This document shows positions 10,001-19,303 of a stretch of 64,000 nt of DNA, piece by piece. Location: the IMG/VR virus record IMGVR_UViG_3300045988_161728. One strand, written 5' to 3'. Below the pieces are notes generated by a model. The model saw only the letters and a list, made by a program, of their open reading frames with translations. It was not told the origin of the DNA and ran no database searches. The stretch comes from a virus. Lineage: Duplodnaviria > Heunggongvirae > Uroviricota > Caudoviricetes. How positions within the stretch are numbered: position 1 is the stretch's first letter; every line of letters begins with the position of its first letter. The translations under genes were made by a program, and so were the position numbers.

Positions 10001-10376
10001 TCCGTTGCGCCTTTACATCCTCTGGTATAGCCTTCCTGCGTCGTTTTTTACCATTTGGTGTGGTTGATTTGGCCCGCTGTTCCTGTTGAGCAACATCTTC
10101 CTGAACTACACGAGAAACGTCCCCTAAATTAAGCCGTTTCATTGCGTCAACAATAGGGTCTACTGATGGCGCTTTGGCCACAAAGTCAGGCCGGGAATTT
10201 TCGATTGTGTGATTTAATGCCGACACGCTGCGAGAGACAGGATCAACAGTAGCAACTCGCCCACCTTTCAAATCTTCAACAGCTTCCCGGATACCAGCAA
10301 GCTCTTCCAGCTCTTTTGCGCTGGAGGTTTCAACTGTCCTTATAACATCGTCAATGTTGGCGTTTTTTCTTTCCAT
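7002..10376 (-). CDS. sit: Injection transglycosylase / tape-measure-like protein Sit
   Basis: 1124 aa; central soluble lytic transglycosylase motifs (AVASAESS..GAFQITKGT..AAYHAGMG); basic repeat-rich N-terminal half with Gly/Lys-rich segment. Confidence 0.8.
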   Translation of the reverse strand: MERKNANIDDVIRTVETSSAKELEELAGIREAVEDLKGGRVATVDPVSRSVSALNHTIENSRPDFVAKAPSVDPIVDAMKRLNLGDVSRVVQEDVAQQEQRAKSTTPNGKKRRRKAIPEDVKAQRTEAAEHAREMFGQKGGAQKSQNQRDARGRFIGKSGSKAAAEDARAERAEKARRKEDDERLNAESGLLKKLSKVAEGIGNPSETRAVDALGYAVAGPLWAAGKELGGISKEVGGSLNGARKSIADVIRGNDDNSRRKGFFRRKSQNSADVVQVNTQKRTVQELQDQTSEIKEGNDKILSALDQIAKNTGKKKGGLLSKLFSLLGKGAGGVASLLMGRGMLKKAGALAFGALGAKKLVGMLRGGGKKTLAHEGGDLAARAAGKLGLKAVGKGALRAIPLVGTVAGGIYDAVTGWNDTEAQRRAFGLKSGQDPSFQQKAAYTLANVLDMGGLVSGISSAIGEVLKSLGFEDIGNMLQSFSTESIALAIDSGITNLETYISNLGDTISTKFDDYTAKIGDAVSAWFSDTSNKLLEKLDAIKDFFTVDNLKQVFSDAIDSAIDFIQNPGKHIKEAAGNIWDGVKNLPGKALDAAVDAVKNTPAAMIVSKIPNPIGEANAKEITPELKAPVNSHQETSDSKTESDAKQSNIATRVINAALDTAKDSNKTVKETANQIINANAVETGNKAAQTIDAALGQSATGKEEALSAYEIDKRRFNNGKDVSLPKLNAAGYQWISDNADYFDELERKYGLEKGILSAVASAESSAGQRTGNPVDKNGNKLSSALGAFQITKGTREDLGLSDADAMDTRKAADGAARYLSILMNRYNGDQGRAIAAYHAGMGHVDKGRVVAGTGEYVTRVRGYQQMLNNGAVYGSKVDHSAPAIHEKIPDNAVIDQSTGLAFTPGDSPFEKGGLVDKIGNAVGVNDLVNKFMNGRGMRREVVQGTLEERARGKGTATAAGNVYVDTPMPVEEARPVASNSSYFDQLGAQMGIDGLFDKLRNSPGMRKNNVPEPASTSQVTTAANDLQQPTGRMQIDGQVISDLGGSGAKPTMQLADNTVSLDGETKRLFAQMTSLLARIEEHTKDSAKGQGTVVKVSTPQPGVMRTVPLSIDDPLMNDYARVD

Positions 10377-10457
10377 GATCTTATCGCCTACCGTTTCGGT
10401 TTAAGTTTTTCTTCCAGTTTCTCCAACAGGAAAAACGCATAGGATTCAGTGAGCCTT

Positions 10458-11339
10458 TCAGCGTCCTGAATCGGTATACCCCCATACAAAACCAGGTTGG
10501 ACACTAAGGTCTGATAGCTTTTCAATCCCCACCTGTGGAATGAAATCGGTAGCCCGAAAGGGCACCCACAGACGGGTATACGCACCCTCTGTGGACTCCT
10601 TTGTATCCTGGTTTGGGCATTTGTGCGGCGGGAGACGAAGACGCATTTCGCCTTTATCGATGTAGCACGGTAAACCATGTTCGAGCTTTTCATGAGCCAG
10701 CCGGATGTGTGCCGCCAGCTTCATAAATTCAGTATCAATGGCCATCCGTTTGATCGTTTCATAACGACGCTCAGCCTGCTCTTCACGAGTACCGCTAACA
10801 TCGTTATAAAGTTCACACTGATAAGCGAATTCCCAAAAACGCAAATCAACGATCGCTTCTTTGAATTCCGCGTCGTCTTCAGGTGGCAATGCTGCACGGC
10901 GCATCTCCAGCATTTCCATTGCCCAACCATCAAGCGGCACGATACGCCATTGATAAGGCACGCCCTCTACAGACACCTCAATATCGTCAATGAACGGTTC
11001 CACTTCCAGGACCTGGATATCTTCAGCCAGAGCATTCATATCGCAATCGTAATAATGCTCTTTACCGCAATGTTTACAGGTGTAGGTGAATGTCTCGACC
11101 GGTGTTTCACGGGAGCCAGTAAATATCCACCATAACGCGGTAATCCGGTCCTGCGCCGTCCATGTCAGGGGATCATATTTCGCGGGTTCAGCCAGCAAGG
11201 CTTTTAAATACGCCGTTGTCTGTTGTTCTTGTTCCTCCGGTGTTATCGAGTTGAAACGCATCGCATCAGCAATATTTGGCTGACGGAACTGGATCAATTC
11301 AGTTGGCCGCGATGGTAGCGGGAAAAGGGGTAAAAGCAT
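10458..11339 (-). CDS. Hypothetical virion protein with Cys-rich motif (P1 PmgB position)
   Basis: 293 aa ORF in the minus-strand late operon; start may be the internal Met (MRFNSIT). Confidence 0.4.
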   Translation of the reverse strand: MLLPLFPLPSRPTELIQFRQPNIADAMRFNSITPEEQEQQTTAYLKALLAEPAKYDPLTWTAQDRITALWWIFTGSRETPVETFTYTCKHCGKEHYYDCDMNALAEDIQVLEVEPFIDDIEVSVEGVPYQWRIVPLDGWAMEMLEMRRAALPPEDDAEFKEAIVDLRFWEFAYQCELYNDVSGTREEQAERRYETIKRMAIDTEFMKLAAHIRLAHEKLEHGLPCYIDKGEMRLRLPPHKCPNQDTKESTEGAYTRLWVPFRATDFIPQVGIEKLSDLSVQPGFVWGYTDSGR

Positions 11340-11353
11340 CCTTGCTCCTTAAT

Positions 11354-11965
11354 TCAAAGAGAAAAACTAAAGCCCAGAAGGGAAGCCAAAGAACTTGAGG
11401 ATTGGTTAAACGTGCTGTGCAATGCGAAGGTCATTGGGAATGACTTAAATTCCGTAACCTGATCCCGCGCATAGGTGACATCGCCGGTAGTGACCGGGAA
11501 TACCGTCATCTCATTTTCCAGTTTGGTTAAGCCAGAAGACAGCAACCGATAAATACGCACATTGAGCAAATATTTAGACGGTATATTCCCGGTACCGTCC
11601 GGATTGATCACCCGACTTTTTGCCGTCTTAAACCAGTCCAAAACGAGGCCATCAACGGTATCCCTGACCATCATCGTTATCTGCCCAGGCGAACGCTCCG
11701 TTGGTTGAAGGATATTCCCTCCGCCGATTTTAATCGTTTCATATTCGATGCTGTAATCGTGGTAGGTAATGTCTTTGGCAAAGAAGTCTGCCCCCTCCAG
11801 TCCATCAACTTCGACAGAGAACTGCCATCCTTGCGCGAACAGCATTTTGTTCATGATGATTGACGTCAGCTTACCAACTTCCCGCTCACCAACGCCGGAG
11901 CCAAATAATGTCGTCGTTAATGCCGAAGATACATAAGACTTTACTGAAGCAACATTAAGCCCCAT
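11354..11965 (-). CDS. Hypothetical virion protein, possible tail tube (P1 Tub position)
   Basis: 203 aa; positional guess only. Confidence 0.35.
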   Translation of the reverse strand: MGLNVASVKSYVSSALTTTLFGSGVGEREVGKLTSIIMNKMLFAQGWQFSVEVDGLEGADFFAKDITYHDYSIEYETIKIGGGNILQPTERSPGQITMMVRDTVDGLVLDWFKTAKSRVINPDGTGNIPSKYLLNVRIYRLLSSGLTKLENEMTVFPVTTGDVTYARDQVTEFKSFPMTFALHSTFNQSSSSLASLLGFSFSL

Positions 11966-11975
11966 ATCAGCCCCC

Positions 11976-12566
<591 letters not shown>

Positions 12567-12751
12567 TTAACCGATTCTACGAGTAGTCATTTGTTCATTG
12601 AGTAGGAATATTGTTGTCTGGGGGGTAATCAGTGTAGGTGGAATGAGGGATATGATATGGTTATCACATAATCAGGTTGTTTTGAGTAAAACAATAAAAC
12701 GCCCTTTAATGGGCGTTGTGTTAAAACTTAAATTGACTATCCTTTCAAACA

Positions 12752-13564
12752 CTATTTTAATTCTATGTAGTTTTTAAATTCTCCCTCATATTTATACATG
12801 ATGCTATCAAATCCTTCCATTACATCAACGAATTGTTGTGAACATTCCGGCTTCCAAGGCGTACACTTACGAACCATATCCATTTTATTCTTATCCTTCG
12901 TTGTATCGACTAAGGATAGGTACCCTATAAAATTCATCATCTGAACAGGATCTTGATTTGTGAATATATATTTGACGTTTTGCTTAGTAGGTGAAAAAGA
13001 ATCAAAAGCAGGGAACATATATTCACCAGAAAAAGAGAGTGCAGCATCAATGACGTCTGTTGCTGGAGTGCAGTTGCTCAGAATTGGCACTAAGCTAAAA
13101 TTAGCACCGGAGCACACTGCATATATATCATCCCCTTTTTTTAGTTTTAACAGAGAGTCTTGCTTTGAATCCAATATTTTCAATTTGATATAATTTAGTG
13201 GCGTTGCATTTTCCCCTGGAGTAAATAATTCTACAATTGGTTTATTATTCACCATTCTTATGGATTTTATTTCACCATACACAATTGGAATTGTGTTCCA
13301 TTTTTCCTGAGCAGCAAATTCATTATCTTTAAAATCATTAACCAACTCAGATGGCAAATGATAACCAAATTGATTGTTCATTGCTTTCGAAGCAAATCCA
13401 GACAAATAGAATGCCCTTACTAAATCATAATCTTTCTTTGAGGTAGAAAGCCAATCTGGCAATTTATTATCAGCTATCGCGCTTCCAGCAAAAATAGCAC
13501 AACAAAATGTTATTACATTAAATAATTTCATTTTCCATTCACTCATTAATCGGTTTAAACTCAC
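12752..13564 (-). CDS. Exported protein with N-terminal signal peptide (possible Sim-like exclusion protein)
   Basis: ORF maximum 270 aa; likely start at the third Met (near 13531) giving MKLFNVITFCCAIFAGSAIA signal peptide; AT-rich codon usage unlike neighbours. Confidence 0.5.
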   Translation of the reverse strand: MSLNRLMSEWKMKLFNVITFCCAIFAGSAIADNKLPDWLSTSKKDYDLVRAFYLSGFASKAMNNQFGYHLPSELVNDFKDNEFAAQEKWNTIPIVYGEIKSIRMVNNKPIVELFTPGENATPLNYIKLKILDSKQDSLLKLKKGDDIYAVCSGANFSLVPILSNCTPATDVIDAALSFSGEYMFPAFDSFSPTKQNVKYIFTNQDPVQMMNFIGYLSLVDTTKDKNKMDMVRKCTPWKPECSQQFVDVMEGFDSIMYKYEGEFKNYIELK

Positions 13565-13856
13565 TAATTAATTCACCAAGACTATTTGGGTATGCTTTAT
13601 AAATAACATACTCCGAAGAGCCATCTGAATATTGGTAAACCCCATAACAGACCAGTTTATTTATTCCTTTCTGAATAGTTTTTTGATTATAAGAATCAAC
13701 CACTGTTATTCCATATGACGATAATATTTCGTTATATTCTTCAATAAGAGCTTTTCTTGTTTCCACTGAATTGCAATCTACCTTCGAAAAGTCAACTTCA
13801 TCAGCAAAAACATTAAATGTTAAAAAGGAAAGCACTAAAAACAAACGAATCAGCAT
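13539..13856 (-). CDS. Small exported protein (signal peptide MLIRLFLVLSFLTFNVFA)
   Basis: ORF track gives 13539..13874; start at 13856 is preferred because it has an AGGAG RBS. Confidence 0.45.
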   Translation of the reverse strand: MLIRLFLVLSFLTFNVFADEVDFSKVDCNSVETRKALIEEYNEILSSYGITVVDSYNQKTIQKGINKLVCYGVYQYSDGSSEYVIYKAYPNSLGELISEFKPINE

Positions 13857-13877
13857 AAATCCACTCCTACGCATGGA

Positions 13878-13999
13878 TTAATAGTCATTGATCGCAAAGG
13901 CGTAAACGTGCCCAAGGTATTTCGTATAATCGGTACAAATCTCCTTTACGCTTGATGCTGCATTAACAGTCCCAGCCATAAATAATAACGGTAGTAATA
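13878..13999 (-). CDS. Small exported peptide (40 aa, MRKLLLPLLFMAGTVNA signal peptide)
   Basis: Not in the ORF track (too short); GAGG RBS 7 nt upstream; third co-oriented secreted product in the island. Confidence 0.3.
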
Positions 14000-14105
14000 G
14001 TTTTCTCATTATAACCTCACCTGCCTTATAACTCATTTAGGGTACATATTTTCGCCTTTAAAAAAAAGAGGTTATTAGATCCAACTGTGTATTTATTAAA
14101 CAAAT

Positions 14106-14122
14106 AATGCTCTAATAAATTT
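14106..14122 (+). promoter_or_regulatory. C1-operator-like site upstream of the ImmI promoter
   Basis: AATGCTCTAATAAATTT, one mismatch to the P1 operator consensus ATTGCTCTAATAAATTT (from memory). Confidence 0.55.
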
Positions 14123-14308
14123 GTATTTTTAAGTCGCGAATGCTATCTTTTCGCATCATATTGACCTTTTAATCGTTCAGGCTTATAGTTCCACCGTCTT
14201 AGCAAATTCTGCGACCGGGTTTGACAGCCTGAATGTTAGTGCGGACAACCGCAGATTTCCGATATTGCGGTATTTTTGTGTCCGTAAACCGCGTTACGCC
14301 CGAATTAT

Positions 14309-14385
14309 GGTGGGGCGTGATGGGGAGGCTTCGGCCTGCTGGTTTCACTAACGCCAGTCTGTCAACCCTGTCACGTCCTGCCACC
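14309..14385 (+). ncRNA. c4: C4-type antisense repressor RNA of ImmI
   Basis: 77-nt segment with paired ends (GGTGGGG...CCACC); internal TCACTAAC and CTGTCAA are complementary to GTTAGTGA (14418..14425, covering the icd RBS) and TTGACAG (14389..14395) just downstream. Confidence 0.5.
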
Positions 14386-14435
14386 TGTTTGACAGCGGGT
14401 AGCAGGTTGTTAAACCTGTTAGTGAGGCCGTAACT

Positions 14436-14657
14436 ATGGTTAATGCCAATCCTTGCACACGCCCAGAATTCATCTGGCGTTTCTATTCCTGTAAAAAACA
14501 CCACTATCACTTCGTTATCGCAGCAACTGAAGACGAAGCACGCTCTCAATTGCCTGATGGCCCCTGCATTTTTACTGCCCGTTTTTCTACTAACTCGCGC
14601 AATTCACTTAGTTACTGGAACCTCCCCTTCTCTGCCGACGTTCAGGGGGGTTTATGA
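14436..14657 (+). CDS. icd: Icd-like small protein translationally coupled to ant
   Basis: 73 aa ORF with GAGG RBS inside the c4 target; stop overlaps the ant start (ATGA). Confidence 0.45.
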   Translation: MVNANPCTRPEFIWRFYSCKKHHYHFVIAATEDEARSQLPDGPCIFTARFSTNSRNSLSYWNLPFSADVQGGL

Positions 14658-15697
14658 AAAAACCTCTCGTCACCCGTAATGAAATAGCCGAAGCGATCGC
14701 TTTGCATACTGCCTGTATGCCGACACGGGAGATCCCCGGCGCAATTGCTAACTATTTCATGATAACCAGGCGTTTTTATACCCGAACAGATAAGGCTGTG
14801 ATCAACAGGCTACTGATAGCCGAGATCAGGGATTATTTGATTGAACAAGGACGTCTACGTTACGCAACAGTGGCAGCAGAAATAAGAAAGGAGGCACATA
14901 GAATGACCGGTAATAATTTGAATGTTGAAAAAACAGCACCTGTTACGTCAGCTACGCCAGCACCAGCCGTGAATATCATCCCCAACACCGGAGACACAAT
15001 CGACAGCCAAACATTGTTGAAGATGGTCAATGAGGCACGCAAGTTATGTGGAGAACCAGAGGTTAGAAACAATAAATTCATCGAAAAAATACTCGATGAA
15101 CTTGAAGGTGAATTTTACACAAAAAGTGCAAAATCCCATGGCACAAGGGCTGGGCGCTCTTTTGAGGTCATCACCATGACCTACAAACAAGCCCTGCGAG
15201 TCGCCGCGCGCGAGTCAAAAGCGGTCCGCCGTTCGCTGATCGACAAACTGGAAGAATTGCAGCAGGCAAACTCCCCTGCCCCATCGATCCCCCAAACATT
15301 ACCAGAAGCTCTACGCCTGGCTGCCGAGTTGGCAGAACAGAAAATGCAGCTGGAACAACAGCTGGTGGCCGCAGCCCCTAAAGTAGATTTTGCCGACCGG
15401 GTATCAGTGGCTAATGGAATCCTGATCGGGAACTTTGCAAAGGTCGTTGGACTTAAGCAAAACGCCCTTTTCTCATGGTTGCGCCAGAACGGCATTCTCA
15501 TGGCTTTTGGTGCGCGCAAAAACGTACCGCGCCAACAGTACATCAACGCCGGATATTTCACGGTGAAAGAAGTGGTGCTGGATGATGAAAATGGCTACCA
15601 GATACGGCTGACGCCCCAATTAACGGGTAAAGGCCAGCAGTGGTTAACTCGCAAGCTACTTGATGCTGGTTTGTTAAAACCAGTAGCAATAGGTTAA
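14654..15697 (+). CDS. ant1: Antirepressor Ant1 (KilAC-type C-terminal domain)
   Basis: 347 aa; C-terminal 130 aa (PQTLPEALRLAAELAEQK...TGKGQQWLTRKLLDAGLL) is paralogous to the C-terminus of the next gene; sits downstream of c4/icd. Confidence 0.7.
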   Translation: MKKPLVTRNEIAEAIALHTACMPTREIPGAIANYFMITRRFYTRTDKAVINRLLIAEIRDYLIEQGRLRYATVAAEIRKEAHRMTGNNLNVEKTAPVTSATPAPAVNIIPNTGDTIDSQTLLKMVNEARKLCGEPEVRNNKFIEKILDELEGEFYTKSAKSHGTRAGRSFEVITMTYKQALRVAARESKAVRRSLIDKLEELQQANSPAPSIPQTLPEALRLAAELAEQKMQLEQQLVAAAPKVDFADRVSVANGILIGNFAKVVGLKQNALFSWLRQNGILMAFGARKNVPRQQYINAGYFTVKEVVLDDENGYQIRLTPQLTGKGQQWLTRKLLDAGLLKPVAIG

Positions 15698-15774
15698 CAA
15701 AAGAAAAAACCTGCCAGCAAACTGGCAGGTTTCTGAGCAGATCGACCAACCCGATCTGGATCGAGTCAGAAAAA

Positions 15775-15791
15775 TTTGCTCTAATAAATTT
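15775..15791 (+). promoter_or_regulatory. C1-operator-like site upstream of kilA
   Basis: TTTGCTCTAATAAATTT. Confidence 0.55.
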
Positions 15792-15860
15792 CGTTTTCTA
15801 AGTGCAAAGAATCACCATTTCGAGCTGGTGATTGAAGGTTGATGCAAATTTGGAGAAAAA

Positions 15861-16661
15861 ATGCAACAAACATTCAATGCGGATATGAATATATCAAACC
15901 TTCATCAAAATGTCGATCCTTCAACCACTCTGCCTGTTATTTGTGGTGTTGAAATTACGACCGACCGCGCTGGCCGTTACAACCTTAATGCTCTACACAG
16001 AGCGAGCGGACTCGGTGCCCATAAAGCGCCAGCTCAATGGCTAAGAACGCTGTCAGCCAAACAGCTCATCGAAGAGCTTGAAAAAGAAACTATGCAGAAT
16101 TGCATAGTTTCGTTCGAAGGCCGTGGCGGCGGCACTTTTGCCCATGAATTGCTCGCAGTGGAGTACGCAGGCTGGATTTCTCCCGCGTTTCGGCTGAAGG
16201 TAAACCAGACATTTATCGACTATCGAGCCGGAAGATTACAACCTGCTATTCCGCAGAGTCTCCCTGAAGCTCTCCGTTTGGCTGCCGACCTGGCAGAGCA
16301 AAAGCAACGGCTGGAGCAAAAAATGCTTATGGATGCACCTAAAGTCGAATTCGCCGAACGCGTTGCTACCGCCAGCGGGGTTCTAATCGGCAACTATGCC
16401 AAAGTGCTCGGCCTGGGCCAAAACTATCTCTTCACCTGGTTGCGTGATAACGGAATTCTGATCGCAACCGGTGAACGCAGGAACGTCCCCAAACAAGAAT
16501 ACATATCCCGTGGGTATTTCACCCTTAAAGAAACCGTGATCGATACAAGCAATGGAAGCAGGATTTCTTTCACGACTCGTATAACCGGCAAAGGTCAGCA
16601 GTGGCTGATGAAGCGATTGCTTGATGCTGGTGTGCTGGTACCTGTCGCGGCAACGCGCTAA
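15861..16661 (+). CDS. kilA: KilA (KilA-N plus KilAC antirepressor-type domains)
   Basis: 266 aa; directly upstream of repL as in P1 kilA-repL. Confidence 0.65.
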   Translation: MQQTFNADMNISNLHQNVDPSTTLPVICGVEITTDRAGRYNLNALHRASGLGAHKAPAQWLRTLSAKQLIEELEKETMQNCIVSFEGRGGGTFAHELLAVEYAGWISPAFRLKVNQTFIDYRAGRLQPAIPQSLPEALRLAADLAEQKQRLEQKMLMDAPKVEFAERVATASGVLIGNYAKVLGLGQNYLFTWLRDNGILIATGERRNVPKQEYISRGYFTLKETVIDTSNGSRISFTTRITGKGQQWLMKRLLDAGVLVPVAATR

Positions 16662-16690
16662 CAGACGTAGTAAGAACCACCAGCATTGTA

Positions 16691-17536
16691 ATGCTGGCTA
16701 AAGTCACTTTCCTGAGCTGTATAACGATGAGCGATTTTACTTTTTCTGGCTATGAATTGGCCTGCTTTGTAACACACTCCGGTCTATCCCGTAGCACCGG
16801 GCATATCCTGTCGCAATGTGCAAATCTCGCGGCAACAACCAGTGAATACTTCATTCACAAGCCTCACCGCCTGATCGCGGCAGAAACTGGTTATAGCCAA
16901 TCAACCGTCGTTCGTGCATTCCGTGAAGCTGTAAACAAAGGAATTCTGTCTGTAGAGATTGTTATCGGCGATCACCGTGAACGTCGCGCTAACCTGTACC
17001 GGTTTACGCCATCCTTTTTGGCCTTCGCACAACAAGCCAAAAATGCGCTGATTGAAAGCAAATTAAAGATCTCTTCAGCGGCAACCAAGGTTAAAGCTGT
17101 TCTCGCTAAGACATTGGCTTTATTTAATTTTTTATCCACACCCCCATGTCAAAATGATACCCCCTCCCCCTGTCAGGATGACGTGGCAATAAAGAATAAG
17201 AAGTCACAAGTTAAAAAAACAAAAAGATCAGTTTCCGGCGGTGCCGGAACGAGCAGACTCAAAAAATTGACTTCATGGATCGCTGAGGCAAAAGCAAAGG
17301 CTGACAATCTGCGGTTATCCAAAAAGCGCGCTCAAAAACATGAGTTCAAGCAGAAAGTAGAGGCGGCAGCGCGGAAATATGCTTACCTGAAGAACAAGCG
17401 TTCTCCTGATATTGGCGGGGTATCAAACTTCGATAATTTGCCGCATTGCATGACGGTAAACGAAGCTCTTAATGCGGTTTTAGCCAAAAATAAAGATAAC
17501 GAACAATGGGGTATACCGGCAGGATTCAGAGGGTGA
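16691..17536 (+). CDS. repL: Lytic replication initiator RepL
   Basis: 281 aa; basic Lys-rich C-terminal half; follows kilA; P1 oriL lies inside repL (from memory). Confidence 0.75.
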   Translation: MLAKVTFLSCITMSDFTFSGYELACFVTHSGLSRSTGHILSQCANLAATTSEYFIHKPHRLIAAETGYSQSTVVRAFREAVNKGILSVEIVIGDHRERRANLYRFTPSFLAFAQQAKNALIESKLKISSAATKVKAVLAKTLALFNFLSTPPCQNDTPSPCQDDVAIKNKKSQVKKTKRSVSGGAGTSRLKKLTSWIAEAKAKADNLRLSKKRAQKHEFKQKVEAAARKYAYLKNKRSPDIGGVSNFDNLPHCMTVNEALNAVLAKNKDNEQWGIPAGFRG

Positions 17537-17832
17537 TAGATTGCTCTAATCTGGAGTCACCTGGCGTTTTCAGTTTGAGGTCGGAGATGCAATCTGATTT
17601 TTTACAGTTAGCGATCGCTTTTGCAGGATATGTTTGTATTGGCTTCTGTGTATACATGATCAGCCGAAAAATGCTTGTCGATATCGACCGCAAAGAACAA
17701 GCAGAGGAGATCTTAGAATGGATTTTCTTTGGCGCGGTCTGGCCATTAGGGATCATGTTTGCTGCAACATTTCTTCTGATGTGGATATTCACCCTTCCAG
17801 GTGATTTCTATAGAAAAAAAGCCAGACATTGA
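17506..17832 (+). CDS. Small membrane protein (P1 RlfA position)
   Basis: 108 aa maximum; two hydrophobic helices; start uncertain. Confidence 0.35.
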   Translation: MGYTGRIQRVIDCSNLESPGVFSLRSEMQSDFLQLAIAFAGYVCIGFCVYMISRKMLVDIDRKEQAEEILEWIFFGAVWPLGIMFAATFLLMWIFTLPGDFYRKKARH

Positions 17833-18014
17833 TACAATCGTTGCGGGTGCTTGAGGCTATCTGCTTCAGGCATTACCCGACAAGCAGATAGAAGAAAGCC
17901 CCAGATAACATTACGCGTCCTGCAAGACGCTTAACATTAATCTGAGGCCATATCTATGCTTAGCATACGTAGATTAGCCCTCTCCCCTTTTTAGGAGCAA
18001 GGAATTTTTTACTG

Positions 18015-18647
18015 CTATGCCGCCTTTCCAATTATGGATTCAGCGACCAGAACAACCCCATGCTTACTTCGATCTGGGTGTTCACTCCATATCTCGGATT
18101 CAGGAATACTTACCCCGTCATAGCAAACACGTTCGCCGTCAAACGGGTAATACTGAGCGGCATCGGTGTCGAGGATAAACACTTTTAGCTCGGAAGAGCG
18201 ACGGGCGATGTGTTGCCAAAGAGCTTTTCCACCTTCGTATTGCTCATTATCACTGAGCAAAACAACACCAGCTTTTGAGGCTACGGTTTCGTAAACAAAA
18301 GTAGCTAAACCGACATCCCGGACGGTTCCATCAACCACGATACCTTCAATCTGGGCAACATCGCTATCCTCCCAGAACTTCCTTACCAGTACGCCTTCAA
18401 GCTGCGGGCGACGTTGAAGTTCAAGAGTAGCGACAACCTTATGGCGCATATCACCATCGATAACAGAAGGCGCAGCCTCTATTACAGCTGCAAATGGGGT
18501 TTTGGAATCCCATATAACCTGGTAAAGCACACCCTGGATGGTAACTCCGTCCAGGATCGAAAATCGACGAGCGACAGTACCCGGGGAGTACGACATTGGA
18601 ATCACAGCCATTTTAGAGTCCCCCTTTAACAGTACAGGCACAAACAT
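18015..18647 (-). CDS. Hypothetical protein
   Basis: 210 aa ORF; likely start at internal Met (MAVIPMS...). Confidence 0.4.
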   Translation of the reverse strand: MFVPVLLKGDSKMAVIPMSYSPGTVARRFSILDGVTIQGVLYQVIWDSKTPFAAVIEAAPSVIDGDMRHKVVATLELQRRPQLEGVLVRKFWEDSDVAQIEGIVVDGTVRDVGLATFVYETVASKAGVVLLSDNEQYEGGKALWQHIARRSSELKVFILDTDAAQYYPFDGERVCYDGVSIPESEIWSEHPDRSKHGVVLVAESIIGKAA

Positions 18648-18782
18648 CTACCTCAATAATTGTAGTTTATTAGAACATTAATAATCTAACATAAAACTCA
18701 AGACAATGTTATCGATGCATTCTTATATAAAATAGTTATAAAAAAAGCTCCCGAAGGAGCTTTAAAATACAAGGGATGACTC

Positions 18783-19292
18783 TTAATCCCACTCAATCCA
18801 GTTGTAGACGATACGAAGTGACGGGCGCACAGCGGCAGTCACATCTTCGGTACTAAAGTCGATTGCATCACTGTAGATTTTGCAGTCCAACATTTCAATT
18901 GTTGTAGCAGCTTTTGTCACAGCGTTAACCCCGGAAGATTTGGATTCAGGGGTAGCAGCCATCGTGATATCAACATAGTCCTTCGCCGCAATGCGATCCT
19001 TGATGAACTGAAGAATATCGCCTTCGATAGTCTCCACGCACTGGACCTGGATTTCCCCAGAGTTTCGAATTGGTCCGTGCTGGTTGAACTTCACACCATT
19101 CGGACCATAGTCCTCCACATCCTCGCGTGTCATTTCAGGGATTTGCGACGTGCGAACCAGTACGCTGATATCTTCATGGCCTGCAAAAGTGAGCTGGAAT
19201 TCAGAAGATACCAGTCGTTCGCCTTTGGCCGCGTTGGCAGTATAGCGGCCCTTAATAAATTTACGGTTTCCCTTAGTGTTATTGTGCCCCAT
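18783..19292 (-). CDS. Hypothetical virion protein
   Basis: 169 aa; in the same minus-strand operon as the sheath and capsid genes. Confidence 0.4.
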   Translation of the reverse strand: MGHNNTKGNRKFIKGRYTANAAKGERLVSSEFQLTFAGHEDISVLVRTSQIPEMTREDVEDYGPNGVKFNQHGPIRNSGEIQVQCVETIEGDILQFIKDRIAAKDYVDITMAATPESKSSGVNAVTKAATTIEMLDCKIYSDAIDFSTEDVTAAVRPSLRIVYNWIEWD

Positions 19293-19303
19293 ATAAAATC
19301 CTT

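Noticed and set aside
10388-10693. 101-aa minus-strand ORF
   Set aside because: Overlaps the 3' end of 10458..11339 in another frame and extends into the Sit-proximal intergenic space; no independent support.
14199-14549. 116-aa minus-strand ORF across the ImmI control region
   Set aside because: It overlaps the c4 RNA, its targets and the icd start on the opposite strand; more parsimonious as non-coding.
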